Shown: positions 25,552 to 36,436 of the stretch, piece by piece
How positions within the stretch are numbered: the first letter of the stretch is position 1
Layout: each line of letters starts with the position of its first letter
NCBI GenBank assembly: GCA_951406725.2
Contig: OX597838.1
Coordinates: 10,106,001 to 10,170,000 of the forward strand
From: Octopus vulgaris
Lineage: Eukaryota
Reading direction: 5' to 3'
Length of the DNA stretch: 64,000 bases
Notes under the pieces: model-generated
The model's database searches: none
Told to the model about the DNA's origin: nothing
The model's input: only the letters and a program-made list of their open reading frames with translations
Made by a program: the position numbers and the translations under genes

Positions 25552-25821
25552 GCTTATAAGGAATATAGGATTAAGGTAAAAAGATTTAAGACAGGTACAG
25601 TGTAGAAATCTACTCAGAAGAAAGCACAGCCTATGGTTCTATGCGTGATCTTTAATCAAAGGAAATCACAGCTCACAGTCTGAGAGGGCTTATAAGGAAT
25701 ATAGGATTAAGGTAAAGAGATTTAAGACAGATACAGTGTAGAAATCTACTCGGAAGAAAGCACAGCTTATGGTTCTATGCGTGATCTTTAATCAAAGGAA
25801 GTCACAGCTCACGGTCTGAGA
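25552..25821 (+). repeat. Direct tandem duplication, unit about 136 bp, two copies
   Basis: GCTTATAAGGAATATAGGATTAAGG...TCACAGCTCAC(A/G)GTCTGAGA repeated with few mismatches. Confidence 0.9.
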
Positions 25822-26224
25822 TGTAGATGTAGTAAATGTGTTGTAAAGAAAAGTTCTCTTTTATGGGTGCCTCAGAAGTTCCTGATAGCGAGTGCCTCAC
25901 TGCAGAGCAGACAGTATCCTCCGCTGCCAGTATAAGGCATAGCACAAATGACAATGGACCAAGTGGTTGAGTAATTCTTGCCTTGTCGTTTAAGCTTGGA
26001 TACTGAAATAAAACCAGCCTTGCCTTCATGTCTAAAAGTATATAAGTGGTTTTGTAGTCGGACTTTAAAACTAGCAGAAGTTGCACTTATGTAATTATAT
26101 ATTTTTCCGCAAGTGAGGACAGAACATATGTAAACAACATCTGTTCAGTCTATTTACGTGTCCAAATGAACTCATCCCAAACCATTCATTTGGTCGATTG
26201 TGCCTTCAAACTATGACATGTGAG

Positions 26225-26480
26225 GATGCGAATGGACTACAAGATTATTATTACATATTTCCATATAGTTGGTTGGCATCCTTTTTGTCTCGGGAGACAA
26301 TGGAGTTGCGCATAAAATAGTCTAGTCCGGCTTTTACATTTAACGTCCTAATACATTTCCTGCTGTGGCTGTGTAGTCCTATCCTGGACAAACACTCCCT
26401 CTGGCTGGTGCCGCAAATGTAGCGAAGACTGTTCCTGGCTGGTTGTAATGTCATAGTTTCTTGTTGACGTCTTTTCTTGT
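26225..26480 (-). mobile_element. RTE-like LINE 3' fragment
   Basis: YICGTSQRECLSRIGLHSHSRKC zinc-finger-like C-terminus, similar to the RTE end near 29640. Confidence 0.6.
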
Positions 26481-27389
26481 CTTTCCATTTCTCCTCTCTC
26501 TCTCTGTCACTCCTTTGTGTTCCCTCTTTTATGGTACGTCTCTAGTCTCCACGGTTGCTGGCAGCTGCTTCCCAGTTGCTAATATTTATGTTGCAGGCAT
26601 TCATTTCCATATAGTATGGCATATATTACATAACATTGTATGAATTGCATAAGTATTATTGGTAGCACATACAAAGTGTTTTGTTTATAACACCCTGGGG
26701 AACATCCCTACACAACGCCGAGTGTTAAAGAACATGGAATGTCTCAGGCGGGGGTGAGACAACTCGCCCCGAAGGTAAACGAGAATGGTAAATATCGGTA
26801 TTTCGCTATCGTTTTTGTTCTTTAGTATCGTATACTTGACTCACCTCGGAACAAAATGAATCACTGATTTGAGGCATGTGTAAATAAAGTGAATTTGATA
26901 CATTGACGTGCACTGGCATAAGCACAAGTGAGATAAAATTAAATTTCAAATTAAAAACAGCTGTCTCTCTCTCTCTCACACACACACCAGACATATAAAT
27001 GTATGTTATTATAAGAGAGTTATAAAGGCAGCGAGCTGGCAGAATCGTTAAGTATCAACCAAGTACTGGAGTCGATGTGATCGACTTTCCCCATCTCCAA
27101 AAATTTGTGCCTATATTAGAAAGGATTATAAGAGGGTCATCAACAAAAAAAAATGAAACGCAAAAGCAATAACGACTTCTTTACTAAGTGCTACTGGTTA
27201 CTCGAATTGCACACGTTGACACAGAAACACTTCCTCTGCACAAAAGTACCACTGCCAAACTACGGAAGTATTATATATATATATAGGCATGAACAAATCA
27301 AAGCAGGTTGCGAAGCAGTGGAAACTAACACAAATGCGTATATACGCGCATTTATAGTGCGTAGAAGGTCATGTATGTATATACATACA

Positions 27390-27466
27390 ATATATATATA
27401 TATGTATAATGTATGTATATACGTACATTATATATATATATATATATAATCTATGTATATACGTAC

Positions 27467-27510
<44 letters not shown>

Positions 27511-27670
27511 CTATGTATATACGTACATTATATATATATATAATCTATGTATATACGTACATTATATATATATATATATATAATCTATGTATATACGTAC
27601 ATTATATATATATATATATAATGTATGTATATACGTACATTATATATATATATACACACACACACACACA
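27390..27670. repeat. Minisatellite [TAAT(C/G)TATGTATATACGTACATTA(TA)n], about 6 copies
   Basis: Fixed unit of about 24 bp separated by variable (TA)n. Confidence 0.9.
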
Positions 27671-28750
27671 TTTATACATATATTAATACTCACTTATAGT
27701 CTAGTGTTTTGAGAATTTATTCTTAATGTCGACTACCATATTTTTCACGGTACACCACGACACACCATATGAGTGACAGACAAGTATTTTTCTGCTCCTT
27801 AACTCTATTCTTGTATATTCCTTTGGAATTTATATTGAAGAATTGATGTTGCACATTATATTATATATATATATATATACACACACAGGCTCTGCCTTCT
27901 CTCTTTCTCACACACACACACACACCATCCGTCTCTGCTGATAACCCAATGAAGATGATTTAGCATGGCAAGTGTCTGCAATGTCAGAGCAGCGGTCATG
28001 TAACCTGGTAGTTGAAATGACCTCCAGATTAAGGCACCTGTAACTGTCACGATGATGGTGGTGACAATACGGTTGTTTGTGTATGTGTGCGTCTGCGTGA
28101 GAATCCACGTTTTCCTTTGTGAATTACTACTGAATATTATGTGTGTAAATGTTATTTATGGACGTGTTATTATTTCTTGGAGACTTGCAAATCATCAAGA
28201 CCTCTACACCTGTTGTCAGTAAAGCAATATTCTCACATAAGCTCCGGTCGGTAACAGCTTAGGCCACTGCAGATAATTAAACTGCCGTCCGATCACCTGC
28301 TGTAAAGTTGACTACATCATCTGTTCACTTTGCAGTGATAGAGTTCTTTGCCTTAACTGCTGCCGCTGCTGCACGCCAAGCGACAAACGTCCAGAGACCT
28401 TTTATTCGAAAACAAAGCCAACAGAAACGGCTCTGGCAGTTGATCTAATTTTAAATGTTTTACATTATTAGTTTGATTGAATCGAACTTCAAGCGGCTTT
28501 TATTGTTTATTGCTGACTTCCCATTTGAGAAACATCAGATGTTAATGGCAGTAGTTATGAAATATTGGGTCAGTTTATGTCAATATATGCATGCACAGAC
28601 GGTGCAAGTTTCGAGAAGCAACGTAAAGTTTCGCCGTTATTACAAAAGAAAAAAAGAAACAAAAACAAATTAATCACAGATATTTCGAATTCTGTTTTCT
28701 TGAATTTCACTCAAAGCGTTTGAATCGACGCTGTTTTAACGGATACTTAA

Positions 28751-28969
28751 CCCTTTAGTATTTAAACCAGCCATATCCAGCCAAAATATTTAATCTGTTT
28801 TATGTTCAAACTGACCAGATCCAGGCTCTCACACCTACCCTACAATGTTATTCTACATTAAGTAATTACACCATCAAGATCTTGAAGATATGAGATAATG
28901 CATGATTAATTCAAATCAATGTGTATCAATAAGCATTATGTTTGATAGAATAATCTGAACACTAAAGGG
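28751..28969. mobile_element. piggyBac-type MITE, family P2
   Basis: TTAA flanks; CCCTTTAGT / ACTAAAGGG TIRs; inverted sibling at 36218-36436. Confidence 0.85.
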
Positions 28970-29041
28970 TTAAAGTAAAAATATAAAATTCATGTCAAAA
29001 AGAAGCACAGACTGTTGGTTTTGTATGTTGTTTTTAATATC

Positions 29042-29746
29042 ACTATCATTGAAGCCATGCTACTGAAGTCCCGCCTCCGATGGTCAGGGCATGTCTCCAG
29101 AATGGAGAACCATCGCCTTCCTAAGATTGCCCTATTTGGCGAACTCTCCACTGGCCACCGTGTGAGAGGAGCTCCGAGAAAGCGCTACAAAGACTGCCTC
29201 AAGAAGTCTCTAACAGCATGTCATATTAACCACTCAATGTGGCAACTGGCAGAATCGTTAGCACGCCGGGCGAAATGCCTAGCAGTATTTCGTCTGTCGT
29301 TACGTTCTGAGTTCAAATTCCACCGAGGTTGACTTTGCCTTTCATCCTTTCAGGGGTCGATAAATAAAGTACCAGTTTCGCACTGGGGGTCGATGTAATC
29401 GACTTAATCCCTTTGTCTGTCCTTGTTTGTCCCCTCTGTGTTTAGCCCCTTGTGGGTAATAAAGAAACATATTAACCACCAATGCTGGTCAGACCTGGCT
29501 GTGGACTGTGATGTCTGGCACCACACGATCTTCAACGCAGTCAGCAAGTTTGAGGAACAAAGAGACGCGCTTAAAGACAAGAGACGCAGGAGGAAGGCGC
29601 GAGCCGCCTCTGACAGACCACACCGGATGTTACCTTCATCTGTGGACACTGCTCACGGACCTGCCTTTCCCGTATCGGACTTGTCAGACACATGACGTGG
29701 ACAGCCTTCCTGATCTTCATTCGCGAAGCCGAGCCATGATGATGAT
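29042..29746 (+). mobile_element. RTE-clade LINE 3' end interrupted by a SINE
   Basis: LRWSGHVSRMENHRLPKIALFGEL..RGAPRKRYKDCLKKSL; C-terminal CGHC..SRIGL..H; (ATG)n tail. Confidence 0.85.
29241..29467 (+). mobile_element. SINE family C nested in the RTE, with TSD
   Basis: CTGGCAGAATCGTTAGCACGCCGGGCGAAATG.., central GCCTTTCATCCTTTC.GGGGTCGATAAAT domain; TSD CATATTAACCAC(T)CAATG on both sides. Confidence 0.88.
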
Positions 29747-30148
29747 TTTTCGGTAGTCTAACTCAACGAGATCGTCTGGTAACCCGTGACCAGGTTGCTG
29801 AAATTGGTTTTTTACACCAAGTGAAACTATTGTGATTCGGTTGAGGAGTCTGAACGGTTACGTAGTGGTTAGGTTTTGAATCACCGTTACAATTCTTTAA
29901 CAAATTTGCCATGAGAACATGGGCATTTAGCACGAGCAATATTTCACAATATAACAAAACTGGTCTCAGTGGGTTTTTTCGGCTTCCTTACAGGACGTTG
30001 TCAACAGTGGCTGCTAGCTATTTATTGATGTTTTTAACACTGTTAGCTTGTTTTTACTTAATTTCTGATTTAGGTGGATAATTATGTGAAAAGTTTTTCG
30101 CAATTTCTTTCATAGTGGCATTTCAAGTTACTGGTTCTGTAATGACTA

Positions 30149-30500
30149 CATCATCATCATCATCGTTTAACGTCCGTTCTCCATGCTAGCATGGGTTGGA
30201 CGGTTCGACCGGGGGTCTGGGAAGCCAGAAGGCTGCACCAGGCTCCAGTCTTATCTGGCAATGTTTCTACAGCTGGATGCCCTTCCTAACGCCAACCACT
30301 CCGAGAGTGTAGTGGGTGCTTTTTACGTGTCACCCGCACAGGTGCCAGGCGAGGCTGGCAACGGCCACGGTCGGATTGGTGCATTCTACGTGCCACCGGC
30401 ACGGAAGCCAGTCGAGGCGGCGCTGGCATCGGCCATGATTCGGATAGTGCTTTTTACGTACCACCAGACCAGGGGTCCTGGCATCTGCCAGGTGCCAGTC
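30149..30500 (-). mobile_element. Retroposon family B with (GAT)n tail
   Basis: (CAT)n CGTTTAACGTCCG..CCATGCTAGCATGGGTTGGACGG..GGATGCCCTTCCTAACGCCAACCACTCC; siblings at 58403-58690 and 63070-63278. Confidence 0.8.
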
Positions 30501-30853
30501 ATGACTATGACAAATAAAGTAAAATAGGAGTGGATATTAAAAAGATACATTACAATTTTATATTAGGGTTTATTTGAAATATTTAAGGAACATCGTTTTC
30601 CCTTCCAGTAAAAGTAAGAAAATCTGTTCCCACAGCACTGCTGGTTTCAGTTCATACCCAATAAATAATTATAAAGCTTGAATTGTTTTTTTTTTATTTA
30701 ACTTTTATATTAGCTATGATAAAGAAGAACTCGTCCGACATATTTCTATGAGTCATACATGCAAAGGAATGCTGAAAAGTTCCTGGCTTTCGGTAAAAAA
30801 GTTGATGTTGCAAATTTTTCACAGACACTTGTAAACGAAACTTGTATCCTAAG

Positions 30854-31089
30854 CAGTGATTCTGAAAAAAAATTGCGGTGGGGGGCGTAGGATCCATTTT
30901 TTTCTTTCTTTTTTAGTGGGGCATGGCGCAGGAGTGGCTGTGTGGTAAGTAGCTTGCTAACCAACCACATGGTTCCGGGTTCAGAACCACTGCGTGGCAT
31001 CTTGGGCAAATGTCTTCTGCTATAGCCTCGGGCCGACCAATGCCTTGTGAGTGGATTTGGTAGACGGAAACTGAAAGAAGCCTGTCGTA

Positions 31090-31134
<45 letters not shown>

Positions 31135-31638
31135 AGTGTGGGTGTATATGTTTGTGTGTCTGTGTTTGTCCCCCTAGCATTACTTGACAACCGATGCTGG
31201 TGTGTTTACGTCCCCGTCACTTAGCAGTTCGGCAAAAGAGACCGATAGAATAAGTACTGGGCTTACAAAGAATAAGTAAGTCTCGGGGTCGATTTGCTCG
31301 ACTAAAGGCGGTGCTCCAGCATGGCCGCAGTCAGATGACTGAAACAAGTAAAAGAGAAAAAGAGTATGGAATTGTGAAAATCTTTTCCCACAGCAAACAC
31401 ACTACACCTATCCTTTAGCCTGGCCAAACTAACCCCTTCTGCCAAGCACCCTTTGTGAATTCTGTTTGCTACAGTATAGATCTATTCTAATGCCCTAGTG
31501 CGAATATTTCTTTAAGGAAAGTACATAATTATGAGATATTAAAATAAAGCTAATTTTTTTTTTCCAACCACTGGTGGGGCGTACATATTTCTGTAAAGTT
31601 ATAATGGGGCCTGGAGGATAATAGGTTGGGAAACACTG
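30854..31638. mobile_element. hAT-type MITE containing a nested SINE A
   Basis: Ends CAGTGATTC.. / AGGTTGGGAAACACTG; imperfect 8-bp TSD ATCCTAAG / GTCCAAAG (6/8). Confidence 0.55.
30925..31365 (+). mobile_element. SINE family A, full length
   Basis: Complete consensus. Confidence 0.9.
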
Positions 31639-31662
31639 GTCCAAAGTCTACCGATTCCAGTA

Positions 31663-32086
31663 TTCTCTCTCTTTTACTCTTTTACTTGTTTCAGTCATTT
31701 GACTGCGGCCATGCTGGAGCACCGCCTCCATTCGAGCAAATCGACCCCGGGACTTATTCTTTGTAAGCCCAGTACTTATTCTATTGGTCTCTTTTGCCAA
31801 ATCGCTAAGTGACGGGGACGTAAACACACCAGCATCGGTTGTCAAGCAATGCTAGGGGGACAAACACAGACACACAAACATATACACACACACACACATA
31901 TATATATATGTATACATATATACAACAGGCTTCTTTCAGTTTCCGTCTACCAAATCCACTCACAAGGCATTGGTCGGCCCGGGGCTATAGCAGAAGGCAC
32001 TTGCCCAAGATGCCACGCAGTGGGACTGAACCCCGGAACCATGTGGTTGGTTAGCAAGCTACTTACCACACAGCCACTCCTGCGCC
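31663..32086 (-). mobile_element. SINE family A, full length
   Basis: Complete consensus, reverse complement. Confidence 0.9.
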
Positions 32087-32856
32087 TATGAACGGTTTGT
32101 ATTAAAATGTGCTGTCGAGGCTAGACTAATAAAGCTGTGATCAGTCTCATCGCCTCTTCCACGCACACAAATGTTCGGCCCTCTTACCCCTGATATCAGT
32201 TTACTGATATACTTCTGCAACACTTGGCAACCATAAATTTCTCGAATCCCTCTTCCCACTACCTTTCCTGTCCTCAGTGCTAAAGTACAATGCCTCACTT
32301 TCGTTTAGACATGTTTCTGTTACTCATTGCTGTATTAAGGGCAGGTGATTCATCATCAAATAAAATGATAATAAATTATTGAGTTAATAGTTATATCAAT
32401 ATTGTTCTAAGCAGGCAAATGTGACAATGGCCAGAGTGAAAAGAAAAAACGTGATAAATGGTGGAAGATAAAGAAAGGAAGAGATATCGAATAATTTGTC
32501 ACTTTTAAGTGCGGGCAACACACAATAGCATGTTTTGAAAGAGAGTGATGAAAATGACATTCTAGAACGATATATCCGATATATCGATATATCCATATAT
32601 GCACTTTTATGTATCTACAGGGGTAGAATTTGAATGAGAAATATGTTGAGAAAATCAGTCCAAAACTAAATCAGGAGTGGAAATTAAAATGATTCGTTAC
32701 AATTTTATATTTGGGTTTACATGAAATACTTAGGGAGCACCTTTCTCCCTTCCCACAAAAATAAGGAAAGCTGGTTTCATTTCATACCCAGTAAATAATT
32801 ATAAAGCTTGAATTTTTTTTATTTAACTTCTATATTAGCTATGATAAAAAAAAAGA

Positions 32857-33421
32857 ACATTATTTCAGCCTAGCTGTCAGAGAAAAACCATTGTTCCACT
32901 GTGGGAAAAGTTCTGTTGCAGTGTTAATTTAAATTTGGCTTTGGTGGATCAAATCCACTTCATGCTTGCAAGATCCTCTACATATGTGAATCTTTGGCCG
33001 TTAATACGAAGGTGAGTCACATACACGAGAGAATGCTGAAAAGCTCCTGGTTTTGGGTAAAAGAAAATACAGGAGGATCGGTTAATTATGATTTTATTCA
33101 ACATATTCCGCTCTCAGATTTATACACTTATTGCAGCGGTCCTTCAGTTTTTTTAAGCCCTATGAAAGGGGCTCAGAAGGTTGGGCTCCCAACCAACTAT
33201 TTCGCGATACCCTTGAAGCCAGGAACTTTTCAGCATCCCTTCGTATTAACGGCCAAAGATTCACATATGTAGTGGATTTTGCAAGCATGAAGTGGATTCG
33301 ATCCACCATAGCCAAATTTAAATTAACACAGCAACAGAACTTTTCCCACGGTGGAACAATGGCTTTTCTCTGACAGCAGTTTTACATTTTCCAGATGCCT
33401 TCAGCTAGGCCGAAATAATGT
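32857..33421. repeat. Long inverted repeat (arms about 32857-33012 and 33238-33421) around a mariner-type MITE (about 33025-33245)
   Basis: Arms share ...AATTTAAATTTGGC..CCACTTCATGCTTGCAA..CATATGTGAATCTTTGGCCGTTAATACGAAGG; inner TIR GCTGAAAAG(C/T)TCCTGG. Confidence 0.88.
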
Positions 33422-34680
33422 CTTCACCACTTGACCCTTTCTAACCTCTTCTACTTCACCAAAAGCTAGAATAGAAATAACAAGACCACTAACTAAATCT
33501 ATTGTTCTCAATGGTATATCTATCCTTCTGGATAGTTATAAAAGCAAGCACATCCCAAGCAAAAGGCAGTTAGTCACAGTCGGTGACGACTCAACCAGGA
33601 AGTCACTCCGGTGACAACGAAGTCTGGCTGACCAGCTAGAACCTTGGTCAGAGGGAGAAATGAAGTTTACTGTCAGCAACTGTGAGACAACACCATACAA
33701 CTCTCACTAGCTCTAATTCTGTTCTCTTACAACATCATTCTATCTCTCTCTGTAATTACTACTAAACAATGAAGAGGACACAAACACAAACTTTACTTCG
33801 CATGCTTTTGGATTGATCAAAACCAGTTCGTCGAAGCAAGATATTGTAACGTAACGGTAAATAAATACTTTCTTAAAACTTCATGCATTGTTCATCTTTC
33901 ACATGCTACAACATGACGTTATAATAACAAATTTTTATCATTCCAACAGCTGACTCCGACATTTCATAATATTGTGTACCTAATCAATCTTACCTGCTAC
34001 AATTGGTAACTATACTCTAATAAAAACCTAACCGTTACACATATTAACAGTCAAAGAGCCGGATATGATTCGCGAGCTACGGTCTGGCCACCTCGTAAAT
34101 ACACACATACATGTAAGCATGTCTATGTGAGTGTGTGCGTCTTTGTGTTTCCCCGTGCCACCGCTTGACGATCAGTGTTGGTGTGTTTACATTCATGTAA
34201 CCATAGCAGTTTGGTAAAAGACAAAAAAAAACATAGAATACCAGACTTTAAAAATAAGTACTTATGTCGATTTGTTCGATTAAAACCTTTCAAGGCTGTG
34301 CCCCAGCATGGCCGCAGTGCAATGCCAGAGACCAGTAAATGAGAAAAAATACTGCTGACCAATTTTGAAACTGAAACATAGCTCAGACTGAAAGTTAAAA
34401 TCTTGTATGAGATAATAAAATTTTGGGGCTTCAAACTACTTTTTTTTTTTTTACAACAAAATTTTTTCGTTTGAATATTCGAAATTGAATTTTTGATGTC
34501 TGGTTCAATCCTCGCAAGAAACAAACGAATGCCCACCATCACCAGACTGAGCGATTTTTAGATCATGTGTTTGATGACAATTCCATTTCCTGTAGTAACC
34601 TTTTAGCATTCAAATTACCCTGCCAAATGTAATACTTATATTTATTAACATGGTTTTGAATTAATCATGTATTAATCATC

Positions 34681-34744
34681 ACACTGCTGTTACCCTAGGG
34701 TAACAGCAGTGTCGTATTTGATCCCCGCTCTGGGATCAAATATG
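34681..34744. repeat. Perfect 32-bp palindrome followed by a 13-bp stem-loop
   Basis: ACACTGCTGTTACCCT|AGGGTAACAGCAGTGT then CGTATTTGATCCC-CGCTCT-GGGATCAAATATG. Confidence 0.9.
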
Positions 34745-35496
34745 TCGTTGCAGGCATTGTTGTCAGAATACTAACTTTTAGTTTTTTGTTTCAGGTCCTG
34801 AGCGCATTGGGAAGCTCAGAACATTAAGGGCCAAACAAATATCGCAAGGCCGCTAAAAGTCCCGCCAGTTCACCAACCTTGATTGATACTCGTTTTTATC
34901 GACCCCCACAAAAGGATGAAAATGTAAAGCTGACTTCAGTAGGATTTGAACTTAGGGCACAGAATCGGAAAAAAAATTACCAGAAAGACAGTACCCTATC
35001 CAACTCTTTAACAATTCAGCCAGCTCACTGCCTTCTGAAGAGGGAAAAATAGCCGAAAATTAATATCGCTTTCAATATGTTTTATCTTTTACTTCTTTCA
35101 GTCACTGGAATGCGACCATTGTGGGGAAACCGCCTTGAAGAATTTAGTCAAACAAATCGACCCCAGTACTTATTTTTAATATCTGGTACCTATTCTATCG
35201 GTCTCTTTTGCCGAACCGCTTGACTTCAGGGACGTTAACAAACCAACATTGGTTGTCAAGCGAAGTGGGAGTAAACACACACATGCACACACCCACACAC
35301 ACGTCTTCCACACTTTTCGCCGACCAAATTCACTCAGAAGGCATTGGTTAGCTCTGGGTTATAGAAAAACACATTCTCAAAGTGTTGCGCAGTGGGACTG
35401 AACTTGAAACCACATCGTTGCAAAGCGAGCTTCTTAACTACACACAGATAGAGATATAAGCCGGACGATTTGTTTGTTAATTTTACCGTAGATTGT

Positions 35497-35724
35497 TACT
35501 CTTTACTCTTTTTTACTCTTTTACTTGTTTCAGTCATTTGACTGCGGCCATGCTGGAGCACCGCCTTTAATCGAGCAACTCGACCCCGGGACTTATTCTT
35601 TTGTAACCCCAGTACTTATTCTATCGGTCTCTTTTGCCGAACCGCTAAGTAACGGGGACATAAACACACCAGCATCGGTTGTCAAGCAATGCTAGGGGGA
35701 CAAACACAGACACACAAACACACA

Positions 35725-35767
<43 letters not shown>

Positions 35768-35862
35768 GACGGGCTTCTTTCAGTTTCCGTCTACCAAATC
35801 CACTCACAAGGCATTGGTCGGCCTGGGGCTATAGCAGAAGACACTCGCCCAAGGTGCCACGC
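35497..35862 (-). mobile_element. SINE family A lacking its head (older degenerate copy at about 35085-35440)
   Basis: Family A consensus, reverse complement. Confidence 0.85.
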
Positions 35863-35869
35863 AGGTATG

Positions 35870-36060
35870 GCTTTCGAAATTCGATTTGCTTTATCTCCTC
35901 TTAGTTCTAACAATTGTTTTTGACATGTCACGGCAACTTCTGCAACATTTGCAGTTAAAATATTCACCATCCACTCATATGGCTCCAGGTTTGGAATATC
36001 ACTGAATCCTTTTTGTTATTTCTCCATATCCATTTTAAGTTCATTGAGTTAACAACTAAA
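35870..36060 (-). pseudogene. Possible hAT (Charlie/Buster-type) transposase remnant
   Basis: Hand translation LNELKMDMEK*QKGFSDIPNLEPYEWMVNILTANVAEVAVTCQKQLLELRGD resembles the hAT C-terminal RF.D..W..NPF..QE.LIEL pattern. Confidence 0.35.
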
Positions 36061-36217
36061 CATTCCAATCTCTTCTGCAGTTTTACAGCAGCTTAAATTC
36101 TATAATAATTCTTTGAACCAAAAAGTCTCAATCCATTGATTTCTGAGCACACAAAGACAAAAAAAAAACAAACTATTAGTGCATTTCGCATTCAAAGTTT
36201 AAAAATTAACGTTTTAA

Positions 36218-36436
36218 CCCTTTAGTGTTCTGATTATTCAATCAAACATAATGCTTATTGATTCCCATTGATTTGAATTAATCATGCATTATCCCATATC
36301 TTCAAGATCTTGATGGTGTAATTACTTAATGTAGAATAACATTGTAGGGTAGGTGTGAGAGCCTGGATCTGGTCAGTTTGAACATAAAACAGATTAGCTA
36401 TTTTGGCCAGATATGGCCGGTTTAAATACTAAAGGG
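36218..36436. mobile_element. piggyBac-type MITE, family P2
   Basis: TTAA flanks; CCCTTTAGT / ACTAAAGGG. Confidence 0.85.

Noticed and set aside
27390-27670. CRISPR-like repeat-spacer appearance
   Set aside because: Spacers are pure (TA)n, the context is eukaryotic and there are no cas genes
33503-33913. Possible solo LTR (TGTT...AACA)
   Set aside because: No target-site duplication and no second copy in the window
35035-35063. CTGAAGA-GG..CC-GAAAATTA hammerhead-like string
   Set aside because: No stem I pairing (a SINE end abuts it) and only a 2-bp stem II; may be chance
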